Shown one piece after another: positions 56,061 through 64,000 of a stretch of 64,000 nt of DNA (positions are counted from its first letter, which is position 1; each line of letters starts with the position of its first letter). The position numbers and the translations under genes were made by a program. This DNA comes from an uncultured Thermoplasmata archaeon (GTDB lineage: Archaea > Thermoplasmatota > Thermoplasmata > RBG-16-68-12): NCBI GenBank assembly GCA_963768855.1, contig CAVYJM010000006.1, forward strand, positions 320,001 through 384,000, read 5' to 3'. The notes under the pieces were generated by a model that made no database searches, was not told the origin of the DNA, and saw nothing but the letters and a program-made list of their open reading frames with translations.

Positions 56061-56110
56061 CGCGCGTCCGGATGGGCCCTTTGTCAAATCGGCGGACGTT
56101 CGTCAGACAC

Positions 56111-56119
56111 TTTTAAATA
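56111..56119 (+). promoter_or_regulatory. TATA box of the first ftsZ (TTTTAAATA)
   Basis: Strong AT-rich box in a GC-rich background, about 65 nt upstream of the ATG. Confidence 0.65.
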
Positions 56120-56184
56120 GCGTGCGAAGAATACGAGCCCACCTTGCGGGATGGGATGAACTCGCTCAAGCTGCAGGTGACGCA

Positions 56185-57279
56185 ATGAACTCCATGCTAG
56201 AGGACGTGCTGGCCCGCGAAGGCGGAACCCCCGCCTTCGAAGACACCCGTGTCGACTCTGAGCTCGAAGACATGCTCAGCAAGATGAAGACCAACATCAA
56301 GATCGTCGGCCTCGGAGGCGGCGGTTCGAACACGATTGCCCGGATCTACAACGAGGGCATCGTGGGCGCGGAGCTGTACGCGTGCAACACAGACGCGCAG
56401 CACCTGCTCCACATCACCGCCCCCAAGAAGATCCTCCTGGGCCGCCGGGTGACGAAGGGCCTCGGCGCCGGTGCCCTGCCCCAGATCGGCGAGGAAGCCG
56501 CGCGCGAGGCGGAAGAGGAGCTGCGCACGATCCTCCACGGTTCCGACATCGTGTTCACCACCTGCGGCCTCGGCGGCGGGACCGGGACGGGCTCCTGCGG
56601 CTACGTCGCGCGCCTGGCCAAGGAGATGGGCGCGCTGACGATCGCGGTCGTCACCCTGCCCTTCCGCGGCGAGGGGAAGCTGCGCATGGAGAGCGCCGAG
56701 TGGGGCCTCGAGCGCCTGCGCGACGCGGCGGACACGGTCATCACGATCCCGAACGACAAGCTCCTCGACCTCGTGCCCCGGATGTCCCTGAACAACGCGT
56801 TCAAGTTCGCGGACGAGGTCCTGATGCGGTCCATCAAGGGTCTGACGGAGATCATCACGAAGCCCGGCCTCGTGAACCTCGACTTCAACGACGTGAAGAC
56901 GATCATGAAGGGCGGCGGCGTCGCGATGATCGGCCTGGGCGAGAGCCAGGCGATGGGCGAGAACCGCGCGGTCGAGGCGATCGAGGAAGCGATCAACAGT
57001 CCCCTCCTCGAGGTCGACGTGTCCTCGGCGCACGGCGTCCTGATCAACGTCACCGGCGGGAACGACATGACGATCGCCGAGGCGGAGCGCGTCGCCGAGG
57101 TCGTGCAGTCGAAGGTCTCCCCGACGGCCCGGATCATCTGGGGCGCCACGGTGGACCCGACCCTCGAGCACACCCTGCGCGTCATGCTCGTCGCCACGGG
57201 CGTGCGGTCCAAGCAGATCGTCGGCCGACGCGACCCCGCCGAGGAACGCGCGAGGGTGGGCGTGGACGTCATCCGCTGA
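56185..57279 (+). CDS. ftsZ: Cell division protein FtsZ (copy A)
   Basis: GLGGGG.N, NTDAQHL, GLGAG, GGGTGTG, PF.GEG, IPNDKL, VNLDF.D. Confidence 0.96.
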   Translation: MNSMLEDVLAREGGTPAFEDTRVDSELEDMLSKMKTNIKIVGLGGGGSNTIARIYNEGIVGAELYACNTDAQHLLHITAPKKILLGRRVTKGLGAGALPQIGEEAAREAEEELRTILHGSDIVFTTCGLGGGTGTGSCGYVARLAKEMGALTIAVVTLPFRGEGKLRMESAEWGLERLRDAADTVITIPNDKLLDLVPRMSLNNAFKFADEVLMRSIKGLTEIITKPGLVNLDFNDVKTIMKGGGVAMIGLGESQAMGENRAVEAIEEAINSPLLEVDVSSAHGVLINVTGGNDMTIAEAERVAEVVQSKVSPTARIIWGATVDPTLEHTLRVMLVATGVRSKQIVGRRDPAEERARVGVDVIR

Positions 57280-57330
57280 GGTCGTTTTCCTCCGAGAGAA
57301 TTCCGGTACGGGTGGCCCGCCGGTCACCCG

Positions 57331-57343
57331 GAAACCTTTATTA
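57331..57343 (+). promoter_or_regulatory. BRE/TATA of the second ftsZ (GAAACCTTTATTA)
   Basis: Matches the promoter pattern seen repeatedly in this window. Confidence 0.6.
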
Positions 57344-57410
57344 GCGCCCCTTTGCTACCTGCCCTTCGCGGCTGCTTCGACCAGCGTTTCGCGTAGCCGG
57401 AGGCCCAATC

Positions 57411-58520
57411 ATGGACTCCATTGTTAGGGAAGTCGTCACCCGAGCGGCGGACGAGCCGCGCGTCCCCGAATCGCCCACCGCGGCGTTCGGGATGGGGACC
57501 GAGGATGCCGAACTCGAGCGCATCCTCGCGAGCCTTCGCACCAACATCAAGATAGTCGGCATCGGCGGGGGCGGCTGCAACACGATCGACCGCCTCGTCG
57601 AGGGCGGCATCGTGGGCGCCGAGCTCTACGCGTGCAACACGGACGCGCAGCACCTACTGATCATCCGCGCGCCGCACAAGCTCCTCCTCGGGCGCCGTTC
57701 GACGCGGGGCCTCGGGGCGGGCGCGCTCCCCCAGGTCGGGGAAGAGGCCGCGCGGGAGGCGGGCGACGAGCTTCGGACCGTCGTCCAGGGCGCAGACATG
57801 GTCTTCATCGTCTGCGGCCTCGGTGGCGGCACGGGCACGGGTGGCGCACCGATCATCGCTCAGATGGCCAAGGAGGCGGGCGCCCTCACGATCGCCATCA
57901 CCACGTTCCCCTTCAAGGCGGAGGGCGCGATCCGCGCGGAAAACGCGGAGTACGGCCTCGAGAAGCTCCGCAGCTTCGCGGACACGGTCGTCGTCATCCC
58001 GAACGACAAACTCCTTGAACTCGTGCCGCGTCTCGCCCTGAATGCGGCCTTCAAGGTCGCGGACGACGTGCTCATGCGCGCGATCAAGGGGATCACCGAG
58101 GTCATCACGAAGCCCGGGCTCGTCAACCTGGACTTCAACGACATCAAGACGATCATGAAGGGCGGCGGGGTCGCGATGATCGGCCTCGGCGAGTCCGACT
58201 CGGAGAACCGGGCCGAGGAGGCCATCGAGGAGGCCATCAACTCCCCGCTCATCGACGTCGACATCAGCGCCGCGACGGGCGCCCTCGTCAACGTCACGGG
58301 CGGCGTGGACATGAGCGTCGCCGAAGCCGAAAAGGTCGCGGAGATCGTCCAGGGCCGAATCAGCAGCAACGCCCGGATCATCTGGGGCGCAGCGGTCGAC
58401 CAGGCGCTCGAGCACAAGCTCCGCGTCATGCTTATCCTGACCGGCGTGCGGTCCAAGCAGATCCTCGGACCGGGGGAGCACATCCGCGGCCCCTCGGCCG
58501 GCGTCGACATCGTGCGGTGA
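57411..58520 (+). CDS. ftsZ: Cell division protein FtsZ (copy B)
   Basis: Same motifs as copy A; canonical ftsZ1-secE-spt5 context. Confidence 0.96.
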   Translation: MDSIVREVVTRAADEPRVPESPTAAFGMGTEDAELERILASLRTNIKIVGIGGGGCNTIDRLVEGGIVGAELYACNTDAQHLLIIRAPHKLLLGRRSTRGLGAGALPQVGEEAAREAGDELRTVVQGADMVFIVCGLGGGTGTGGAPIIAQMAKEAGALTIAITTFPFKAEGAIRAENAEYGLEKLRSFADTVVVIPNDKLLELVPRLALNAAFKVADDVLMRAIKGITEVITKPGLVNLDFNDIKTIMKGGGVAMIGLGESDSENRAEEAIEEAINSPLIDVDISAATGALVNVTGGVDMSVAEAEKVAEIVQGRISSNARIIWGAAVDQALEHKLRVMLILTGVRSKQILGPGEHIRGPSAGVDIVR

Positions 58521-58532
58521 GGGTTCTCAATC

Positions 58533-58772
58533 ATGGCCGACATCATGGAGAAGGGCTGGGAGGTCCAGCGGCGGGTCGAGGAGCGGCTCAAGCGGGTCGG
58601 CAAAGGCAAGTACGGTCGCATCTTGAAGATGGCCCGGAAGCCGACGCCGGACGAGTACAGCAAGGTCCTCATCATCACGGGACTCGGCCTCGTCGCGATC
58701 GGGGCGCTCGGGTTCTTCATCTACTTCGTGATGCGGTACGGCGGCTCGTTCTTCACCGGACTCTTCGGATGA
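58533..58772 (+). CDS. secE: Protein translocase SecE / Sec61-gamma
   Basis: KYGRILKMARKPT.DEY, single TM GLGL.AIG.LGFFIY. Confidence 0.93.
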   Translation: MADIMEKGWEVQRRVEERLKRVGKGKYGRILKMARKPTPDEYSKVLIITGLGLVAIGALGFFIYFVMRYGGSFFTGLFG

Positions 58773-58790
58773 TCTGAGGGAGCGGAGACC

Positions 58791-59735
58791 ATGGGGCTGC
58801 TCGACGACCTGGCCAAGGGCGCGGAAAAGAAACCGGAACCGAAGCCGGAGGAACGTCCGCCCGTGGGCCACCGCGGGGTCAAGCTCGAGCTCCAGGAGGA
58901 GAAGATCTCGCTCACCGCCGGCCAGGTCAAGGAGTACGCCCTCGTCGTGACGAACACGGGCACAGACGACGACATGGTCCGGATCAAGGTCGACCTCGTC
59001 TACGGCTCCGAGATCCCCGACCCGCCCGAATGGGGGATCAAGATCTGGGGCGTCGAGGACAAGCCCTGGGACGTCACGTACACGAAGGTCATCGAGAAGG
59101 AGTTCCTCCTCATCCCGGAGGGTCAGCGCGAGCTGACCGTCCAGATCACCTGTCCGAAGGGCGCCCGCTTCGGCGACCGCCTGAACGTCGTCCTGAACGG
59201 GATCTCGAAGGCCGATCCGACCGCCTCGGACGTCAAGACGCTGAGCTTCACGGCCCGCCAGGCCGTCCTCGCGGTCAAGTGCTCCATCGGCCACGAGCGG
59301 ACCGTCGCCGACTCGCTCTACGCGCGGGCGAAGGGCAAGGACCTCGGCGTCTTCGCGATCCTCGTGCCCGCAAACCTGCGCGGGTATGTGTTCGTCGAGT
59401 CGATGAACCCGGACCGGCTCGAGGAACTCGTCCGCGGCGTCCGCCGCGCGCGCGGTGTCGTGAAGGGCGAGGGCGAGAAGGCCGGCATCAGCTTCTCCGA
59501 CATTGACCTCTACCTGACCCCGAAGCCCGTGGTCAGTGGCATCATGGAAGGCGACATCGTCGAGCTCGTCGCCGGCCCGTTCAAGGGCGAGAAGGCGCGG
59601 GTCCAGAAGATCGACGAGACGAAGGAAGAGATCACGGTCGAGCTGTTCGAGGCGATGGTCCGAATCCCGGTGACGGTCCGCGGCGACCACGTCCGCGTGC
59701 TCCAGAAGGAGAAGGACGAGCGCCGGGAAGCGTAG
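58791..59735 (+). CDS. spt5: Transcription elongation factor Spt5 with N-terminal Ig-like extra domain
   Basis: NGN domain (AVKCSIGHE...LRGYVFVE), KOW domain (GDIVELVAGPFKGEKARV); about 155 extra N-terminal residues in the same frame. Confidence 0.92.
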   Translation: MGLLDDLAKGAEKKPEPKPEERPPVGHRGVKLELQEEKISLTAGQVKEYALVVTNTGTDDDMVRIKVDLVYGSEIPDPPEWGIKIWGVEDKPWDVTYTKVIEKEFLLIPEGQRELTVQITCPKGARFGDRLNVVLNGISKADPTASDVKTLSFTARQAVLAVKCSIGHERTVADSLYARAKGKDLGVFAILVPANLRGYVFVESMNPDRLEELVRGVRRARGVVKGEGEKAGISFSDIDLYLTPKPVVSGIMEGDIVELVAGPFKGEKARVQKIDETKEEITVELFEAMVRIPVTVRGDHVRVLQKEKDERREA

Positions 59736-59826
59736 CCCGCCTCCCGCTCGCGCTCCGGATCTCCATGGAGCGGCCCGTCGAGTGTATGTACTAGTCTATG
59801 CCTCGAATTAAGTATGCGGTACCCGG

Positions 59827-61470
59827 ATGCCCCCGTCGGGAGTGGGGGTTGTTTTGGCTACTCAGAGTGAGAACCCTTCCGGCGATTCTGGTTCGCTATA
59901 TGTGAGGCGAAGTTCCGGCCTTGTTCGGGCGGTCAGCTCCCGCCAGGCCCTCATTGCGAACCTTGTGAGCATGGGCATCATGGGACCGATGTTGTACGTG
60001 TGGTTCGCCGTGCTGACGGCACCCAACGCGGACATCCCGCTGACGACCTTCCTGGGCCTGGCAATCGTCCTCATGGTGGGCTTCGTGTACTGGATGTTCT
60101 CCACGAGCATGCCCCGTACCGGAGGCGACTACGTCTGGGTGTCGCGAGTTCTCCATCCGTACTTAGGTTTCCTGGAGAGCTCGATGATCCTGTTCGTGAT
60201 GATCTCCTCGTTCGTCGCGTACGACATCGTCCTGGCCGTCCAGTACGGCTTCTCGTACATGTTCATCAACTTCGGATTCCTCGCGAAGGACGCGGGGCTC
60301 GTCACAATCGGGACGAACCTGATGACCGACAAGACGCAGCTGCTCCTCGTTTCGCTCGCGATCTCGGCCCTCGTCATCGCCGTCATGTTGCTGCCCATTA
60401 AGCGGGTCGTGAACGTCCTCGTCGGCGGCTTCTTCGTGATGCTGGCCATCTTCGCGGTGTACATCGGGTTGCTCCTCGTCAACGGGAACGCGGGATTCAT
60501 CAGCAACTTCAACGCGGCCTCGGGCACCACCTACGGCGACGTCCTGGCCACGATGACGCCCGGTGCGTTCAACTACACGCTGGACGGGACCCTGTTCCTC
60601 GGCCTCGTCTTCGTGATGTTGAGTTACATCGGGCTGGTGAATAGCTCGTACTTCGCCGGCGAGGTGAGCGGGAACCCCTTCAAGTCCCAGGGGATCGCCA
60701 TCTTCGGCTCCCCCCTGATCTACGGGGCGTTCCTCTTCACGATCTACTTCACCCAGTTCACGGTCTACGGACACGACTTCCTGGCCGCGGCGGCCGGACC
60801 GGGCGCCTCCCTCCTGCCCGTACCCGGCGCCGGGTATCCCTCGGGCGTGTTCCTGGTGAACTTCCTGACGACGAACCCGTGGATTGCCGCACTCGTGGCG
60901 TTCGGGATGGGCCTGCAGCTGGTCATGTGGTCGATGGCCTTCTACCTCGCCCCGACGCGGTACATCTTCTCCTGGTCCTTCGACCGGATCCTCCCGCTCG
61001 GGCTCTCGAAGACCTCGAAGAAGGGCGTCCCGTACTACGCCGTACTGCTCTACGGGCTCGTCACGGTGGCCTTCGTCTTCCTGACGATCTTCACGACGAT
61101 CGGCGCCTTCTACATCTACGCGATCTTCGGCTTCTACTTCTCCACGACGATCGTCCTGATTGCCGGCGCTCTCTTCCCGTTCCGCAGGAAGGAGATCTTC
61201 GAGTCGTCCCACCGGTACGTCAAGGCGAAGGTCGGACCCGTCCCCGTGATCACGATCGTGGGCCTCGTCGGCGCGGTCTTCACTGCGATCGTGATGGTGT
61301 CGGTCGTGCTCCCCGCGTACACGCATCAAGCGCAGTTCGACTTCGTGGCGTTCTCCCCGATCATCCTGATGTTGATCTTCGCCACCTTCGTGTACTGGGG
61401 CTCGTACTTCTACCAGAAGGGCCACGGCCTGCCTGTGGAACTCGTAGGGAAGCAGATCCCGCCCCTGTAG
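59827..61470 (+). CDS. APC-superfamily amino acid/amine permease
   Basis: YVRRSSGLVR, SMPRTGGDYVWVSR, YFAGEV, FSWSFDRILP; about 12 TM; an alternative TTG start exists at 59854. Confidence 0.9.
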   Translation: MPPSGVGVVLATQSENPSGDSGSLYVRRSSGLVRAVSSRQALIANLVSMGIMGPMLYVWFAVLTAPNADIPLTTFLGLAIVLMVGFVYWMFSTSMPRTGGDYVWVSRVLHPYLGFLESSMILFVMISSFVAYDIVLAVQYGFSYMFINFGFLAKDAGLVTIGTNLMTDKTQLLLVSLAISALVIAVMLLPIKRVVNVLVGGFFVMLAIFAVYIGLLLVNGNAGFISNFNAASGTTYGDVLATMTPGAFNYTLDGTLFLGLVFVMLSYIGLVNSSYFAGEVSGNPFKSQGIAIFGSPLIYGAFLFTIYFTQFTVYGHDFLAAAAGPGASLLPVPGAGYPSGVFLVNFLTTNPWIAALVAFGMGLQLVMWSMAFYLAPTRYIFSWSFDRILPLGLSKTSKKGVPYYAVLLYGLVTVAFVFLTIFTTIGAFYIYAIFGFYFSTTIVLIAGALFPFRRKEIFESSHRYVKAKVGPVPVITIVGLVGAVFTAIVMVSVVLPAYTHQAQFDFVAFSPIILMLIFATFVYWGSYFYQKGHGLPVELVGKQIPPL

Positions 61471-61702
61471 AGGTCAAGACGATTCAGCGGTCTCCTCCCC
61501 TTTGGCGCGGGAGGAGGCCTACCTTTCCCGCCTGGGTCAGCGGGGACCTCGGCTCGCCGATCATTCGGCCAGCCGAACGTCTCGCGGACGCGTGCAACAC
61601 GCGAGGCGCAAACCGTCCCGTTCTCGGAGGGCGCCCTCGACGGCTCTCCTGAAAACGTAAGAACCGCGGTTCTAAATATCGCGCTCCGGCTCCATCTAAT
61701 TC

Positions 61703-62659
61703 ATGAAGAAACTCACCCGGGTCCTCTTCATTTCTGACGTGCACGGATCCACGCCCGTCTTCACCAAGGCGTTGGGCGCCGCCGCAGCGTACAAGGCGGA
61801 GACGCTGGTCCACGGCGGGGACATCATTGGCAAGTACATCACGCCGTTTTTCCACACGGACCACACCGTCGAGACGGAGATCATGGGGGCGAAGCGCCTC
61901 CCGAAGAACGACACGGAGATCCGGGAGGCGGAGGCCGAGGTATCGCGGATCGGCTCGTACGCATATCACACAACGCGGGATGGATGGAAGGAGCTCCGCG
62001 CGAAGCCCGAGGCGATGACGGACGTCTTCTTCAAGCTCGCGAACGAGCGCCTCGCCTCCTGGGTTCGTCTGGCGGAGGAGAAGCTCAAGCCGCTCGGCAT
62101 CAAGCTCTTCCTGAACATCGGCAACGACGACTTCCAGGATCTGGGGAAGACGATCGAGGCGTCCAGCTACGTGGTCTATCCCAACAACAAGGTCCTCCTC
62201 CTCGACGACGACCACGAGATGCTCAGCCTCGGCAACACAAACATCACCCCGTGGAAGTGCGAGGGCGACCTGGAGGAGCCGGACCTGCAGCGCATGCTCG
62301 ACGTCTTGGCCTCGACGGTCCAGCATCCCGAACGCGCGCTATTCAACCTGCACTGTCCTCCCGTGGACACGAAGCTCGACGTCGCGCCGCTCCTCGATGC
62401 AGAGCTTCGTCCCGTGTATCTCCCGGGCGGCGAGCCGCAGATGGTCCACGTCGGATGCAAGGCGGTTCGCGCGTTGCTGCAGCGGGTGCAGCCCATGGCG
62501 GGCCTCCATGGGCACATCCATGAGTCCCGTGGCTACGAGAAGATCGGTCGGACGATGTGCTTCAACCCGGGCAGCGAATACACGATCGGCGTCCTGAGCA
62601 GCCTGTTGCTCAACCTGTCCCGGGACAAGGTCGAGTCCTTCATGTTCCTGAGCGCGTAG
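61703..62659 (+). CDS. Icc-like calcineurin-type metallophosphoesterase
   Basis: SDVHG, GGDIIG, GNDD, LHCPP, HGHIHE, NPGS. Confidence 0.9.
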   Translation: MKKLTRVLFISDVHGSTPVFTKALGAAAAYKAETLVHGGDIIGKYITPFFHTDHTVETEIMGAKRLPKNDTEIREAEAEVSRIGSYAYHTTRDGWKELRAKPEAMTDVFFKLANERLASWVRLAEEKLKPLGIKLFLNIGNDDFQDLGKTIEASSYVVYPNNKVLLLDDDHEMLSLGNTNITPWKCEGDLEEPDLQRMLDVLASTVQHPERALFNLHCPPVDTKLDVAPLLDAELRPVYLPGGEPQMVHVGCKAVRALLQRVQPMAGLHGHIHESRGYEKIGRTMCFNPGSEYTIGVLSSLLLNLSRDKVESFMFLSA

Positions 62660-62754
62660 GGATTCCCACCCGGCGCTCGCCCGAGGCCCGCCGCGGGGTC
62701 ATTACAACAATGCCGGGTGTTTGAAGTGGGGACATCCTCCATCGCGAGGGTTGA

Positions 62755-63597
62755 ATGTGGGGCCCCGGCAGCAAGTCCGTCCACCTCGGTGAGACCGAGT
62801 TCTGCGCGCAGTCGGTCGAGCTCGTGAAGCGAGCCCAGGACCTGCAGCTCCCCCTCCGCATCCTCGGCGCGATGGCCGTCTACATCCACTCAAGCCACCG
62901 GCCCGAGCTCCTCGCCCGCTACCGGGCCCTGGAGCGGCTGGGCCCCGGCCGTCCTCTCTTCACGGACCTCGATGTGGTCGGGTACGGTGACCGCCAGAAG
63001 GAAACCGCGCGGTTCTTCCAGGAGACGATGAAGTTCACGCCCGATTTCCACGTGAACGCCCTGTTCTCCGGACGGCGCAACGTCTTCCGCCACCCGGACG
63101 GCCTGTTCGACGTGGATGTGTTCTACGATCTCCTGGGCTTCAGCCACGAGGTCCTCTTCCGCGGATCGGTCAGCGGGGATCGGCTGGAGCTCGACTTCCC
63201 GACGATCGCCCTGGCGGACATCGTCCTCGAGAAACTGCAAATCCACCGCATCAACCGGAAGGACCTCGTGGACCTCTTCATGCTCCTCAGCGCACACGAC
63301 GTCAATTCCGGGCCGGAGCCGGACCGAATCGACGGAGCGTACATCGCGCAGGTCCTCAGCCGGGACTGGGGTTTCGAGTACGACGCGCGGTCGAACCTGC
63401 AGAAGCTGCGGGGGCTTGCCGACCACGAGGTGGCCGAAGGCCATGCGACGGCGGACGAACGAGGGCGCGTCGAGATCGGCATCCGGCACCTCGTTCAACT
63501 CGTCGATCACGAGCCGAAGTCCAAGGAGTGGCAGAAGCGGGCCAAGAAGGGGACCTCGAAACCCTGGTTCAACGAGGTGGACGAGATCGAACGCTGA
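62755..63597 (+). CDS. Nucleotidyltransferase-fold protein (pol-beta superfamily, AbiEii-like)
   Basis: LRILGAMAV, TDLDVV, DVDVF acidic triad; EKLQI...NRKDLVDL helix; exact start uncertain. Confidence 0.72.
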   Translation: MWGPGSKSVHLGETEFCAQSVELVKRAQDLQLPLRILGAMAVYIHSSHRPELLARYRALERLGPGRPLFTDLDVVGYGDRQKETARFFQETMKFTPDFHVNALFSGRRNVFRHPDGLFDVDVFYDLLGFSHEVLFRGSVSGDRLELDFPTIALADIVLEKLQIHRINRKDLVDLFMLLSAHDVNSGPEPDRIDGAYIAQVLSRDWGFEYDARSNLQKLRGLADHEVAEGHATADERGRVEIGIRHLVQLVDHEPKSKEWQKRAKKGTSKPWFNEVDEIER

Positions 63598-63627
63598 AAG
63601 GCGTTGGCGGATGAAGGTGGGGGACAC

Positions 63628-64000
63628 ATGTTGGGGTCGCATGAGGGTCTGGTGAAGTTGCGAAAGATCAGCCAGGACGAGAAGCCCGTCCTGACCATCC
63701 AGCCGGGGGAGACCCTGGAGTTCGAGATGCCCGATTTCAGCGGCGGGGCGATCACGAAGAAGTCCACCGCGGCGGACATCAAGGCCCTCCAGTTCTCGAA
63801 GGGCTACGCCCTCGCGGGGCCGATCTGGGTCGAGGGCGCGGAGAAGGGCGACCTGCTCGAGGTGGAACTCCTCGGGTTCGAGGACCACGGCTGGGGCTAC
63901 ACCGCGATCTTCCCCGAGGTGGAGCAGTTCAACCTCGCGGACTACCCCGAGGAGCGGTTCGAACCGTTCATCGCGTTCTGGGACGTCCAGGGGGGCGTCG
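63628..64000 (+). CDS. Acetamidase/formamidase-family amidohydrolase, N-terminal part; runs off window edge
   Basis: Manual translation MLGSHEG...KPVLTIQPGETLEFEMPDFSGGAI...LAGPIWVEGAEKGDLLEVELL...GWGYT; PVL...PG, GPI.VEGAE.GD.L.V and GWG motifs. Confidence 0.85.
   Translation, partial: MLGSHEGLVKLRKISQDEKPVLTIQPGETLEFEMPDFSGGAITKKSTAADIKALQFSKGYALAGPIWVEGAEKGDLLEVELLGFEDHGWGYTAIFPEVEQFNLADYPEERFEPFIAFWDVQGGV

Noticed and set aside
56156-56188. 10-codon upstream ORF ([10 protein letters not shown]) overlapping the ftsZ start, or a cdrS-like regulator gene
   Set aside because: Too short for a ribbon-helix-helix protein, and it largely encodes the GGTGA SD of ftsZ; likely incidental.
62890-63888. 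Minus-strand 332-aa ORF over the nucleotidyltransferase/amidase junction
   Set aside because: Antisense shadow; the plus-strand frames carry recognisable motifs.

Overview
High-GC archaeal chromosomal window, almost certainly Thermoplasmatota. The evidence is aIF-1A/Rio1/Dim2, Csl4, Spt5-SecE-FtsZ, pantoate kinase, bacterial-type gyrase, cytochrome oxidase subunits and BRE/TATA promoters. A soil/sediment lineage such as RBG-16-68-12 is an inference only. The window holds about 70 CDS and two tRNAs (Val-CAC, Cys-GCA). I recognised no rRNA, CRISPR array, transposase or integrase. It is mostly core genes: kamA, cox III/IV, small-subunit ribosome biogenesis factors, ppdK, CoA and folate genes, an 8-gene heme operon of the coproporphyrin-dependent type, gyrAB, a cysteine-themed block (cysS, CGL, CBS, tRNA-Cys) and tandem ftsZ-secE-spt5. 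The most unusual items are these. (1) An APC permease / metallophosphoesterase / nucleotidyltransferase / amidase cluster at the right end that looks like a nucleotidylation writer-eraser module. (2) An E1-like enzyme plus THUMP-less ThiI plus a stand-alone copy of the E1 C-terminal domain, a candidate sulfur relay. (3) Spt5 fused to an Ig-like domain. (4) A Rab-like GTPase fused to a winged helix. (5) A tRNA-Cys with A73 next to a CysRS with altered Zn-site and KMSKS motifs. (6) A CDIN1/C15orf41-like nuclease beside ribosome-maturation genes. (7) A three-copy dispersed repeat and a recurrent TTGTCAA motif. Family calls come from motif recognition, not database searches. Most long overlapping ORFs in the track are high-GC shadow frames.
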